From: a virus | IMG/VR virus record: IMGVR_UViG_3300032562_000016 | Reading direction: 5' to 3' (one strand) | Length of the DNA: 64,000 bases | Part shown: one piece after another, positions 9,718-19,060 of the stretch | How the letters are laid out: every line of letters begins with the position of its first letter | Position numbering within the stretch: the first letter of the stretch is position 1 | Position numbers and translations under genes: made by a program | The notes under the pieces: model-generated | The model's input: the letters and a program-made list of their open reading frames with translations, nothing else | Database searches by the model: none | Told to the model about the DNA's origin: nothing

Positions 9718-10170
9718 TTACTGACCTTTGCCAAAGCTAGTCGATGATCTACTTTCTTTAAAAATAGGCATACGACTGTCACTTTGACGCATTAAATTGT
9801 TATCTACTGCATCTGCGTTTGCTTGCGTTTGCTCAGCATAATATTTCATCTGCTGTGAATCAAACTCAATTGGACGCTTGCATAGTAACAATCCGCCAAT
9901 CTCGATGTTGTCTTTGAATCGACTTTCGGGATCGACTAACAGTGTGAATTTAGGCTGCTCTTCTATGCCCACCGGCTCATATCCCTCACGGAATCTCGTA
10001 CTGATATTCCTGGGATCTGCTTGATTTAGCATAGAAACCCGAATCCATTTATAACCGTACCCCGGCTGTTTGTCTGGCTCAGGAAGTAACTCAGGGGGCA
10101 TCCACTGTTTAGGACGCTCAGAGAGCGCACGAGTTGTCGTTTCACGGTCAAGTTGTTTTGCATTAGCCAT
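9718..10170 (-). CDS. hypothetical head-morphogenesis protein
   Basis: 150 aa, lies between the scaffold and the capsid genes. Confidence 0.35.
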   Translation of the reverse strand: MANAKQLDRETTTRALSERPKQWMPPELLPEPDKQPGYGYKWIRVSMLNQADPRNISTRFREGYEPVGIEEQPKFTLLVDPESRFKDNIEIGGLLLCKRPIEFDSQQMKYYAEQTQANADAVDNNLMRQSDSRMPIFKESRSSTSFGKGQ

Positions 10171-10173
10171 TTG

Positions 10174-11121
10174 TTAGGCCTCCATTTTCATAAGTTCACG
10201 GACATATTGCTCATTAGATAACCCAAGCCTCTTCGCTATAGCGACTTGAGATATGGTTAGCCTAACCTTTTTCGATGCAGTCGATCTACTTGCGGGAGCT
10301 ACTACCGTGGCCGGCTTTCGGGGAGCGTCTTCCCTAGATGGAGCCTGGCTTTCTTGCGATTCCTCAAAATTCTCTGGGAATCTTTTTCGCATAGTCTTGT
10401 CCAACTCTGCGTAATATCTGTCAGATCCAACAACTATACCACTCTTCCTGAGCTTTTCGTGGAGCCCAAGAGCTGATGCAGTCATCTCTTCGTCTTGTCC
10501 GAACCAGGGATTTCTGCTCTGCCATTCCATGACTTTTTCATCTGGTTTAGCAGGTTGTTGGTACTGTTGTTGCGTTTGTACCTTAAATTCTTCTTCTTGT
10601 AAAGGGGGTAGTTTAAAACTATTTGCCTTTTCAAGTTGCATTGTTGCTTTAGTTAATGCTTGCTGAGCCTCAACTAACTTATCAGATTCGCCTGAATCGT
10701 ATGCGTCTCTATAGGCTTTCTTGGCCATTTCAAGCTGCATTTCAGAAGAGCTTTTTACCGCCGCAACATACTCTTTTTCTCCTGAATTTAAGAGTTGTTT
10801 GATGCGCTTATTCTCTTCGTGTAATTTCTGCGCTGCATCTATAGCTGCTTGACGTTCGCGTTCTGCTGATTCTGCGCGTCTACGCTCGTCATTCCAAACT
10901 CTCTTCATCTGGATTAGCTTATCTTTAGCGTCTTTGCTGTATTTGTCTAAGTCATCAACTTCGACTTGAAGCTGTTTAACGCGCTCAGGATCGGCAGGTT
11001 TTCTATTCCTATCTTCCTCTGGCGTATCGTCTTCAATCTCAATTTCTAACTGATCTTCTGGTTCTTTTTCAACCAAATCTTCTGGTTCTGGGAACCCGCT
11101 TGCTGATTCAAATGTTGCCAT
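10174..11121 (-). CDS. scaffolding protein candidate
   Basis: 315 aa, very acidic N-terminus, long coiled-coil E/K/Q-rich helices. Position between portal and capsid. Confidence 0.55.
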   Translation of the reverse strand: MATFESASGFPEPEDLVEKEPEDQLEIEIEDDTPEEDRNRKPADPERVKQLQVEVDDLDKYSKDAKDKLIQMKRVWNDERRRAESAERERQAAIDAAQKLHEENKRIKQLLNSGEKEYVAAVKSSSEMQLEMAKKAYRDAYDSGESDKLVEAQQALTKATMQLEKANSFKLPPLQEEEFKVQTQQQYQQPAKPDEKVMEWQSRNPWFGQDEEMTASALGLHEKLRKSGIVVGSDRYYAELDKTMRKRFPENFEESQESQAPSREDAPRKPATVVAPASRSTASKKVRLTISQVAIAKRLGLSNEQYVRELMKMEA

Positions 11122-11132
11122 GTCCGGCTCCT

Positions 11133-11534
11133 TTATTTACGTCTAATTCCTCTTGGATCTTCAACTACACCCTCAACAGAGTCGTCGTTGATCATCCTCA
11201 TCTCTCTACCATGAATAACTAATCTGCTACCTGCGTTGGGGCGCACAAGTATAAAGTCACCCTCTTTACACCACGGGCCAGATGGGAATCTAGCTTTGTC
11301 TTGGTAACAGTCAGGCCCTAAAGAAACTACAAATAGTACTGTTGTCAGTAACTCTTCGTAATGAACTGTAGTGTCTGCCTTAGCTATACCACTTTCAAAC
11401 TCCTTTTCCACTTCTGGTATGGCGCAGAGTATGCGATATCCAGAGGGCTTTGGTAGCTGTGTTGCCTTTTCTTCTGCGTTTTTATGAAGAATGGCATCAA
11501 GATCAACTGCCAAATTTAGGTTTATGTCACTCAT
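11133..11534 (-). CDS. hypothetical protein
   Basis: 133 aa. Confidence 0.4.
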   Translation of the reverse strand: MSDINLNLAVDLDAILHKNAEEKATQLPKPSGYRILCAIPEVEKEFESGIAKADTTVHYEELLTTVLFVVSLGPDCYQDKARFPSGPWCKEGDFILVRPNAGSRLVIHGREMRMINDDSVEGVVEDPRGIRRK

Positions 11535-11721
11535 CGTCCAAATGCTCCACTTTTTGTTTAAGGTCTATGATGATTCCACATGCAGCTTCAAGACCTCGCA
11601 ACTGGCCGCATATGTATTTATATTCTTCATAAGAAGTCGCATTACCCCTGGCCAATGCTTGTTCAAGCATGTCAATACGGTCTTTGTACTCCCTTAAAAG
11701 AAAGTCTAAATTCTGGTCCAT
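11527..11721 (-). CDS. hypothetical small protein
   Basis: 64 aa, overlaps its neighbours by a few nt. Confidence 0.35.
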   Translation of the reverse strand: MDQNLDFLLREYKDRIDMLEQALARGNATSYEEYKYICGQLRGLEAACGIIIDLKQKVEHLDDE

Positions 11722-14267
11722 TATTCACCTCCCTGTTGTGGTGTTTGTTGATTCATTTGAGCTTGTTGTATCTTTGAATCGTGCTCCATTCTTTTGTGTA
11801 AAGTCTGGGCTATCAAGCCTTCGCGGCTTTGATCTTTTTCATGCTCATGTTGAGCCAATGTTTTAACAGCATCTTTTCTGATATCTGCTGATCGGAGTTG
11901 TTTCTCCATCTTCATTTCAGCAGTAGCTTTAAGTGCGTTCACATCTATCTGCTTCATTTGCGTAGCTGTTTGCGCCGCAATTCTTGCCTTTTCAATCTCT
12001 TGCTGAGACTGTTTTAAAGCAATATCAGCTTGATCTTTTTGAGCCTTGCGTTGTTGCTCGGCTTGCTTAATAGCAATCTCTTGCTGTTGCATTTGAACCA
12101 ATGGATCTTGCTGTTGTTGCTGCGCTTGCTGCTGTGCAACTTGAGCTTGGTTAGACTGAAGCAACCTAGTAGCTGCTTGTGCAAGTATCGGCGCAAGTCT
12201 TGCCTCAACTTGTGGGTCAATTGGTATATCTTCACCGGACGCATCTGTCTGCGGCGGCAATGTCATACCAAGTTGTTTCTCAATCTCTATTCTGTACTGG
12301 AATCCTAAGTGCTCATTAACGTGAGCCATCATAGCGGCCTCTAATTGCTGAGCCATTGGGTTATTCTGTAGCAACTGCATGATCTTTGGATCTTGCATAG
12401 CCGCCATATGAACAGTAATGTGAGATGTATGATCCTGATATGCAAACGCTTTGACCGGCTTCATCATAAGAACGTTTTGGTTCTCTGTGATTGGATCCAT
12501 TGGGCGCATATCTTCAGGTAAAGGTATCAGCTTTGCCGCATTTTTAATGCTCAAAACTTCTAACATTTGCCTATATAAGAACGGCATATTGAATAATTGA
12601 GGCTGTTGCTGCGCTAATTGCATAACCGCCTGGTATTGAACGATCTTTTGAGCCATTGTTGAGGCATTTGGATCACTCACTGGGATCACATCTACGCTCT
12701 CATAATCAGACTTTTTAGCCCTTTTTCCGCCGACTTCGGGCTCATAATCGTAATCTTCAGGCGCATTTGCAGCAATAATTTCCTTTAAAAGCCTCAATTC
12801 TTGCTTTAAAGAGTAGTGAATACGAGCTTGAACCGCAGACATTACCTTAAGTGTGCGCTCTAATATAGCTAATGTTGTACCAACTGGGGCTGCCGCAGAC
12901 ATATCGCTGACCTGAAGATCTGCTGTATTAGCAAATCTACGTCCTTCTTCAACGATCTGATTGAGCAACGCCAGAAGAGTTTGGCTTGGCTCTTTATATG
13001 GCAACGGTACGATGTTGTCTTTAATAGATCCACTAGGTACGTCCACATCTCTGAACTCGCCCGGTGCAATTGGTGTATCGTCACCCTTAACGCGTAAACC
13101 TCTGGTCTTAAATCCGCCTTGTAAATTAGACAGTGATCCAGCATCAACCAATTGGCGAATAATAGAAGTTCCTGATTTTGCATATGCTCCAATTAAATGG
13201 ATCAAACCAAAACAATAGAAACCAAATCCAGGAATATATCCATAATGTACAAAGTGCTGGCGCTTTAAATATAAGCTATCGTTTTCTTTCCAGTTACGGC
13301 GAATAGCCAATACATTCTGAGTACCTTTCTCAATAGTAACTATATAAGGCAAACCAATTTCTGTATGGTTTCCGTGTTCATCAGTATGCTCAAATCCTTT
13401 TAAATTAAGATTTACACTGACTTCAAAGATCTTATATCTATCATCAGACGTAGCTCTAAAGCCAAGCTTTTCTGCGATTTTCTTTTCTACTTCATCCAAT
13501 ACATTGACTGGATCGCCTATATCTATATCTCGATATACCCCAGCATCTTGGAGTTTTCTAATTTCATTTTCTGTCTTGCGCATTACATGTGTAACACGCT
13601 CTGCATTTTCTAAGCTAGATGCGCCGTAAGGTACAACTACATCTTCAGCAGGTACATATAAAGATACTTGTCTTCCAAGTGTTGGATCTTCGTATACTTT
13701 CTTAAAAGCATTTCCAGCTAGACCCAAGCCCCACAACATTCTTTCTGTCTCAGGGCGATACTCAGGCATCTTTTCCGTCAACTCAAGATTCATGTCATCT
13801 TGAACGCGCTCGGCAGAGTCTTTTTTCTCTGGCGTTTCTTTTCCTATAACGTGAGTCTTAACAGGACCAGTCGCAGGAAAAATACTCATCATTGTTTCGG
13901 CTTGGAACTTAACCAAAGCTTCAGCTAATAATGGGTGATATACACCACATGCGCCTTCCCAGGGCTCTGATCTTTCTTCAATCTTTAAGCCCAATAATTC
14001 TAGGCCGTCTACATAAGTTTGCAGCCAATCTTTCCTGGCATCTATGTCATTACTAATATCTTCTATTAGTTCATCAGCAATAATTTTTAATTCTGATTCA
14101 TCAATTAGATCTGCTAAGTTTTCATAAAATCCGCCTGGTGGACCTGGATCTGGCTGATCCTCATCTTCTTCTCCTGGCAATTGAATTTCTATTTCTATCT
14201 CTGGCATCTGCTCCGCTAAAGCTTCAATACCTTGGGGTGCTTGTGCTAATGACTTATCTATTGACAT
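11721..14267 (-). CDS. portal protein candidate (848 aa) with Q-rich C-terminal tail
   Basis: Large protein immediately downstream of the TerL region in the canonical TerS-TerL-portal-scaffold-capsid order. C-terminal QQQAQQQQQ low-complexity tail. Plus-strand ORFs inside it (12014-12308, 12869-13218) are judged spurious. Confidence 0.55.
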   Translation of the reverse strand: MSIDKSLAQAPQGIEALAEQMPEIEIEIQLPGEEDEDQPDPGPPGGFYENLADLIDESELKIIADELIEDISNDIDARKDWLQTYVDGLELLGLKIEERSEPWEGACGVYHPLLAEALVKFQAETMMSIFPATGPVKTHVIGKETPEKKDSAERVQDDMNLELTEKMPEYRPETERMLWGLGLAGNAFKKVYEDPTLGRQVSLYVPAEDVVVPYGASSLENAERVTHVMRKTENEIRKLQDAGVYRDIDIGDPVNVLDEVEKKIAEKLGFRATSDDRYKIFEVSVNLNLKGFEHTDEHGNHTEIGLPYIVTIEKGTQNVLAIRRNWKENDSLYLKRQHFVHYGYIPGFGFYCFGLIHLIGAYAKSGTSIIRQLVDAGSLSNLQGGFKTRGLRVKGDDTPIAPGEFRDVDVPSGSIKDNIVPLPYKEPSQTLLALLNQIVEEGRRFANTADLQVSDMSAAAPVGTTLAILERTLKVMSAVQARIHYSLKQELRLLKEIIAANAPEDYDYEPEVGGKRAKKSDYESVDVIPVSDPNASTMAQKIVQYQAVMQLAQQQPQLFNMPFLYRQMLEVLSIKNAAKLIPLPEDMRPMDPITENQNVLMMKPVKAFAYQDHTSHITVHMAAMQDPKIMQLLQNNPMAQQLEAAMMAHVNEHLGFQYRIEIEKQLGMTLPPQTDASGEDIPIDPQVEARLAPILAQAATRLLQSNQAQVAQQQAQQQQQDPLVQMQQQEIAIKQAEQQRKAQKDQADIALKQSQQEIEKARIAAQTATQMKQIDVNALKATAEMKMEKQLRSADIRKDAVKTLAQHEHEKDQSREGLIAQTLHKRMEHDSKIQQAQMNQQTPQQGGE

Positions 14268-14268
14268 A

Positions 14269-14958
14269 TTAAACCTTAATAATAATTGGAGCGTGGCCTT
14301 CTTTTTTTGCCGTTAAAGAAATATTGGAGTCAAAGTCTACCTCCGGCATATTTAATCTCATTCTGATTTTATTTAATGTATATTTTCTATTTATATATTT
14401 ATATTCGGCGGTATAAAAATCATAAGCTACATTATCTGGAATATCAAAATAATCATTTTTCTTGTCTTCTGATTCTTCTCTAGTTAGATATGTATCGCCC
14501 CACTCTATGAGTCTTTCTGATGAAAATTGAGGCCTTGTCCTCCATAACAACATTTTTTTATCATTAGTGGCATTTTGCAATTCATAAAATTCATTATAAA
14601 AACGCTCGGCTAACTGAGCTTCAGCTTTAACAACGTCATCGTTTTCTACAGCATAAGCAAAAGTTGTATAAGTAAATCTATATATATCATGATCGCCAAT
14701 TTTGTTTATATGATTAAACGCATTGGGGGTCATGAATTTTTCAGCATCTTCGCGCTTTAATTCCATAAATGACCTGGGCTCACCATCCACACAATAAAAC
14801 ATTTCAGATAATTTTTTATCAAGCTCAAGCGCAGTAGAGGGAATCCAGTTTGGATTGTATTTATCGTCATGCTCTAAGATATTAAATTTTTTAATATCTG
14901 TAGCAGCCAATGCTGTACCACCTAAAGCTGTTGCGCCTAAAAAAAATCTGCGTTTCAT
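14269..14958 (-). CDS. Tat-signal secreted protein (moron) between TerL and portal
   Basis: N-terminus MKRRFFLGATALGGTALAA has a twin-arginine motif (RRxFL) followed by a hydrophobic h-region and AxA. The gene is markedly AT-richer than its neighbours. Confidence 0.5.
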   Translation of the reverse strand: MKRRFFLGATALGGTALAATDIKKFNILEHDDKYNPNWIPSTALELDKKLSEMFYCVDGEPRSFMELKREDAEKFMTPNAFNHINKIGDHDIYRFTYTTFAYAVENDDVVKAEAQLAERFYNEFYELQNATNDKKMLLWRTRPQFSSERLIEWGDTYLTREESEDKKNDYFDIPDNVAYDFYTAEYKYINRKYTLNKIRMRLNMPEVDFDSNISLTAKKEGHAPIIIKV

Positions 14959-14966
14959 AATTTCCC

Positions 14967-16457
14967 TTAATAATAATTGGCCCTGCGTCTCGGACGATAC
15001 TCATCTTTTTCGTCAGAGTCTAAACTAATAAACCCACCTTTTCTAAAACGAATCAATGCCTGGGTGCTGGAGTCAACCAAGTCATCGTGCGCAGCATTTG
15101 GAAATGAAGCCATCTGCTCAATAACTTCATCCGCCCACCGAGTCTCTGGAGCCCATACTTTACCAGACCTAAAGAGATCAGTCACGCTATTCATACGAAC
15201 AAATTTATCATTACCACGGCTCGGCGTAAAATCTTCTACCGGAACCCCCATTCTACGCAATTCAAATATCAATGGACTACCCGCCGCCTTAGCCTCGATC
15301 AAACAACAGTCCGGGCTGTACTCTTTATACATAGCTAATGCTTTTTCTTTTAACTCAGGGAACTCCATCCTCTGCTGAAAAGCATCCAATAAAATAATAT
15401 GAGGATCTTCTATATTCTCATCCTTATAAAATATCCCCCAAGTCGTACAAGCCGAGAAGTCACTTCTCTCACTCTTAGTAAACGCCGTATCCCAGCTCTG
15501 TAATATAAACTCACATCTCGGCGGCCTATCATCGCTCCATCTTTTCCACCACTCCCTCTTAACTAAAGCGCCTTCCTCACCAGTCGGACTTTGTTGATAC
15601 TGCGCATTCCATTTAGCCGGCGGTAACTCCTCTTTTAAAGCCTCTAATTCTTCGATACTCCAGAACTCAGGCCAAAGCGGCTTACCAGTAGGCATAATAG
15701 CGGGCAACTCTATCAGCTCCCACTGCTCTCCCTTTTCCCTCATTAACGAATCTTTAAGTACTCGACCCGTTAAATCCGCCTCACCCCACCTGGTCATCAC
15801 TATAACAATCGACCCGCCCGGCTGTAAACGCTGTCTCGGTCCAGACGTATACCACTCATACACTTTCTGATAAACCTCCGGATTTCCAGCAGCCATAGCA
15901 GCTTCTTGCTCACTATGCGGATCATCAATAATAAGCAAATCCGCGCCCTTACCCGTTACAGTACCCCCAACACCAATAGCAAAGTACTCCCCGTCATGGT
16001 TAGTAGCCCATCTACCCGCCGCTTTACTATCTTGTCTTAGCGCAACGCCAGGAAATACCTTCGCATAAGCCTCAGAACCTACCAAATTCCTCACTTTTCT
16101 ACCAAATCCAACCGCTAAATCCGCCGTATTAGACGTCTGAATAATCTTTTTCCCAGGATATCTACCCAAAAACCAGCTCGGCAGCAAAAAAGACGCAAAT
16201 TCCGACTTCGTATGACGCGGCGCCATATTAATAATCAACCGCTTTATCTTCCCACTAGCTATCTCTTCAAATTTTCTAGCCACTAAAGCATGATGCCTTC
16301 CCGGAATAAACCCCGGCCACATCATCTTTACATAATGTATGAAATTTTCCTGCGCCTTCTCCCGGTCCATCGCGTCCTTATAGACCTGGAAATCATGAAA
16401 TAACTTCTCCTGCTCGTTTATCGGCAGTTTTGCAATCAATTCAGCTATATCACTCAA
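14967..16457 (-). CDS. terL: terminase large subunit
   Basis: 496 aa. ATPase region with a Walker-B-like LLIIDDPHSE. C-terminal RNaseH-like nuclease region (ILQSWDTAF...LIEAKAAGSPLI). Position next to TerS. Confidence 0.8.
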   Translation of the reverse strand: MSDIAELIAKLPINEQEKLFHDFQVYKDAMDREKAQENFIHYVKMMWPGFIPGRHHALVARKFEEIASGKIKRLIINMAPRHTKSEFASFLLPSWFLGRYPGKKIIQTSNTADLAVGFGRKVRNLVGSEAYAKVFPGVALRQDSKAAGRWATNHDGEYFAIGVGGTVTGKGADLLIIDDPHSEQEAAMAAGNPEVYQKVYEWYTSGPRQRLQPGGSIVIVMTRWGEADLTGRVLKDSLMREKGEQWELIELPAIMPTGKPLWPEFWSIEELEALKEELPPAKWNAQYQQSPTGEEGALVKREWWKRWSDDRPPRCEFILQSWDTAFTKSERSDFSACTTWGIFYKDENIEDPHIILLDAFQQRMEFPELKEKALAMYKEYSPDCCLIEAKAAGSPLIFELRRMGVPVEDFTPSRGNDKFVRMNSVTDLFRSGKVWAPETRWADEVIEQMASFPNAAHDDLVDSSTQALIRFRKGGFISLDSDEKDEYRPRRRANYY

Positions 16458-16506
16458 AAAAGAATCTCACTTATAGCTATAAACAAAACAATCAATATAA
16501 ACCACA

Positions 16507-16827
16507 TTACTCAATATTCCTAAAATTTATATATACAGGCCGAATACTTCTCTTCCCTTTCACTTTCTTTAAAACACCCAACTCCACAAGCCGATCAACC
16601 ATATGGCTCGTACTCCCTATACTTTTTACCCCCCTTTGCTCACATATATCCCTTATAGACGGACTATATCCAAACCTCTTCCACCACTCATCCACAACTA
16701 TAAACACTTCCCTTTGCGCCGGCGTCATATCTTCCTCCAAACATTTTTCAAAAGTTGTCCTCTTTCTAACCGCCATTTCGCGATTTATTAATAACTTCGT
16801 TTTCAAATCTTCTCGTTTTATCTTCAT
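16507..16827 (-). CDS. winged-helix DNA-binding protein (LexA/MarR-like N-domain)
   Basis: 106 aa; SIRDICEQRGVKSIGSTSHMVDRLVELGVLKK resembles a wHTH recognition helix and wing. Immediately preceded by copy A of the 44-bp element. Confidence 0.45.
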   Translation of the reverse strand: MKIKREDLKTKLLINREMAVRKRTTFEKCLEEDMTPAQREVFIVVDEWWKRFGYSPSIRDICEQRGVKSIGSTSHMVDRLVELGVLKKVKGKRSIRPVYINFRNIE

Positions 16828-16829
16828 AT

Positions 16830-16873
16830 TAATACTTTATGGTGGGACCATTATTACCGTTATAATTGTCCCC
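16830..16873. repeat. Copy A of a perfect 44-bp element (TAATACTTTATGGTGGGACCATTATTACCGTTATAATTGTCCCC); its inverted partner is at 39232-39275.
   Basis: Verified base by base: the reverse complement of 39232-39275 equals 16830-16873. The element contains an internal imperfect hairpin (GGTGGGAC...GTCCCCTC). Confidence 0.9.
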
Positions 16874-16943
16874 CCTAAAAGTTCTAAAAATATACCCCCC
16901 ATGTAATACTTTACGTTTCGATAAGGGGGTGTTTTCCATAAAA

Positions 16944-17645
16944 TCACTCCGATTTGTCGTCAGAATTTTTTATAGGGGGTGGGGTCAAACTTTCTGATGA
17001 CGATAGGGTGTCTGGAATAGTATGTAGGTCGGATAGGGACTCCTGAACGCCAAAAGGGGGTGTGGGGGGTGTCTTGGTCGTCCCGGATAATTCATCGAGC
17101 AGTAGGTCAACTTCCTTAACGTCAACGTCTATTGCTTGGCTCTTTATCATATCTTTAAGCTCCTGCATAATTTTTGATCTAGCATCTGCGCTGTTCGTAA
17201 TATGCGTTACTTCCTTGCGTTCGGTGAATGCCGAGACTTCAGTTACTGTGCCTAGAACTTTGCTTGCGTTGATCTTTGCACTGTGTGAAGCTTCTGGATC
17301 TATGACAACTTGAACTAATGATTGGATAACGAGAGCCCTTAATTGTGCAGGTGTACGATGTTTTTCCGCTTCTATCGCCAGCGAGTAGGCTTCTATTTCC
17401 GCCCTGATTCGTGTATCAGCTTTAAGCTTACTTGCATTATCTCCAATTGTTTTAGGTGTTCCGGTTGCGTTATATGCGTTTCGGTAAGCATCTGCACCGG
17501 TTAAACCGAGAGCGACACCCTTCGCAAAATCTTTTTGTTTTTGGGTTAGTTCGCCGGGAACGTGAAGGATTTGATCTAATGGGATTTGGTTTAATCCTTC
17601 TTTTACTTGTTTACGGCTTAGACGTTTAATTGTTTTAGTATTCAT
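16944..17645 (-). CDS. terS: terminase small subunit candidate
   Basis: 233 aa; N-terminal HTH-like region (TQKQKDFAKGVALGLTGADAYRNAY) resembles the TerS DNA-binding domain. Located directly upstream of TerL. Confidence 0.5.
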   Translation of the reverse strand: MNTKTIKRLSRKQVKEGLNQIPLDQILHVPGELTQKQKDFAKGVALGLTGADAYRNAYNATGTPKTIGDNASKLKADTRIRAEIEAYSLAIEAEKHRTPAQLRALVIQSLVQVVIDPEASHSAKINASKVLGTVTEVSAFTERKEVTHITNSADARSKIMQELKDMIKSQAIDVDVKEVDLLLDELSGTTKTPPTPPFGVQESLSDLHTIPDTLSSSESLTPPPIKNSDDKSE

Positions 17646-17779
17646 ACTTCCCTACTGTCTGAGTTAATGTATTAGACGTGATTATATGGGAACAATCAGA
17701 GAAACTGTATCGCTTCGCTATGAATAAAAGCGCGCGTTAACCAATTAATACTTTGGTTCTAAGGGTTTATAGTAGCAAA

Positions 17780-17825
17780 ATAATTGCTTGAGTAGTTGAG
17801 AAGTGTAGAAAAGTATGATAAGCTA
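17780..17825 (+). promoter_or_regulatory. candidate early promoter region in the divergent intergenic region
   Basis: TTGAGT/TTGAGA and TATGAT hexamers lie upstream of the first early gene. Spacing is not ideal, so the call is tentative. Confidence 0.25.
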
Positions 17826-17878
17826 TGCTTTATCGTGATTAAGCGATACAAAGTAAACCAAACCAAAGGAAATACAAA

Positions 17879-18091
17879 ATGTTATTAAAAGCTAGATTCA
17901 CAATGACAGTAGAAAACTTAGATTTAATCGTTAATCAATATCAGAGTTTAAATGGAAAGGTTAAGTTCTTAACTCAACCTGCATTTAATAGCAATAGTGA
18001 AATCGTAGGCGAACAGAATGAAATTATGTTTTTTATTGGATTTGTTGCAGGACTAGGAGTACATGACTTAGAGCATGTTAATAAAGCTTGA
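17879..18091 (+). CDS. early protein (70 aa)
   Basis: First ORF of a densely packed plus-strand block of small genes; SD AAAGGAAAT before the ATG. Confidence 0.5.
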   Translation: MLLKARFTMTVENLDLIVNQYQSLNGKVKFLTQPAFNSNSEIVGEQNEIMFFIGFVAGLGVHDLEHVNKA

Positions 18092-18104
18092 TAGGTAACT
18101 TTAT

Positions 18105-18133
18105 AAGACTATTCCCGGCGAGTAGTCTTATGA
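18105..18133 (+). promoter_or_regulatory. intercistronic hairpin (ATAAGACTA...TAGTCTTAT, 9-bp stem)
   Basis: Perfect 9-bp inverted repeat seen in the sequence. No U-tract follows, so it is more likely an RNA processing or stability element than a terminator. Confidence 0.35.
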
Positions 18134-18169
18134 GGCATAAGCCTAAAACCCAAAAGGAACTAAAACCAA

Positions 18170-18357
18170 TGCTAACACTATCAACAGAAACTCCACAAAG
18201 CTACTTCACGCCTAAGCAGGCTCAGTTTATTTGTTACCAAAACAATGCGGATGAGTTAGACGGATGGACATATAAAGTAGAAGATGTAAATAACTCTAAG
18301 GGATTAGTAGTAATCCGTGTTTATGACGAAACCGGGCATCCTTTAGGATATTTTTAA
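18170..18357 (+). CDS. early protein (start moved to MLTLSTETPQ...)
   Basis: The track ORF 18088-18357 begins inside the upstream hairpin. The internal ATG at 18170 has an SD (AAAAGGAAC). Confidence 0.45.
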
Positions 18358-18361
18358 TTTA

Positions 18362-18411
18362 GGTTAACTGATGAGACTTTAATAGTCGAAACCGCTCCGG
18401 CGGTCTTAACC
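18362..18411 (+). ncRNA. type-I hammerhead ribozyme; predicted self-cleavage after C18405 (GUC)
   Basis: GGUUAA(stem I)-CUGAUGA-GACU/UUAAU/AGUC(stem II)-GAA-ACCGC/UCCG/GCGGU(stem III)-C-UUAACC(stem I). Every conserved core nucleotide is present, including the G10.1-C11.1 and A15.1-U16.1 pairs. Confidence 0.8.
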
Positions 18412-18431
18412 AAATAAAAGGAAATAAACCA

Positions 18432-18752
18432 ATGAAAGATCATTTATATATTGGCTCAACGCCAACAGATGAGGATTGCGCTCAGGTAGGCTCAGAGAAT
18501 TATGCGAACCGTGCTCGCGCAGAATGTAGACTTTTTGCGATACAGATACTTAAACACTATCCCGAGCCAGAAAAAGGATACTTATCAATAAAGGCTAATT
18601 CGCACGACTTCGGCACTTATTATGAAGTGGTTGCAGTTTATGACGATGAAGATGAGGACTCGACCAATTGGGCATATGACGTAGAAGCGGACGCGCTCAA
18701 CGTTCTATCTAATTGGGATGAAGAACTAAACCCTGCAACTGTTCCCGCCTAA
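18432..18752 (+). CDS. early protein (106 aa, acidic)
   Basis: ORF track; SD AAAAGGAAAT. Confidence 0.5.
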   Translation: MKDHLYIGSTPTDEDCAQVGSENYANRARAECRLFAIQILKHYPEPEKGYLSIKANSHDFGTYYEVVAVYDDEDEDSTNWAYDVEADALNVLSNWDEELNPATVPA

Positions 18753-18803
18753 GGTCTACTGATGAGGCCTAATTGGCCGAAACCCCTTCCCGGGGTATAG
18801 ATC
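18753..18803 (+). ncRNA. type-I hammerhead ribozyme; predicted cleavage after A18797 (GUA)
   Basis: GGUCUA-CUGAUGA-GGCC/UAAUU/GGCC-GAA-ACCCC/UUCCC/GGGGU-A-UAGAUC. All core nucleotides conserved; stem I has one G-U pair. Confidence 0.8.
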
Positions 18804-18824
18804 AACACTAAAGGACTATTAAAA

Positions 18825-19058
18825 ATGTATATTCCAAAAAGAGCTTATAAAGAAATAAACCGGCGACTAGAAGAAGGGCAGACGTACATAGATGCCATTA
18901 AGTACACCGCCTATTCGCACGGACTCGAACCCGTAGAGCTTCGCAAAGCATACGAAACGAGAAGCCACAGACTAGAAGTATTGGACAATTTATCCGTGGC
19001 AATTGGCATGATATTGGTCTTATCTATTCCCGTATCCGCCTTTTTATTTAGGGGTTAA
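18825..19058 (+). CDS. early protein with C-terminal TM segment
   Basis: 77 aa; C-terminal hydrophobic helix AIGMILVLSIPVSAFLF. Confidence 0.45.
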   Translation: MYIPKRAYKEINRRLEEGQTYIDAIKYTAYSHGLEPVELRKAYETRSHRLEVLDNLSVAIGMILVLSIPVSAFLFRG

Positions 19059-19060
19059 TT

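Noticed and set aside
12014-13218. Plus-strand ORFs (12014-12244, 12030-12308, 12869-13192, 12961-13218) inside the portal gene
   Set aside because: They are nested antisense or alternative-frame ORFs within a long, well-supported minus-strand gene, with low-complexity translations.
18100-18170. Possible third hammerhead upstream of gene 18170 (CUUAUGAG...CUAAAAC)
   Set aside because: Essential core positions are changed (G5 to U; the CGAAAC motif is degraded to CUAAAAC). The sequence is better explained as a plain 9-bp hairpin; at most a decayed ribozyme relic.
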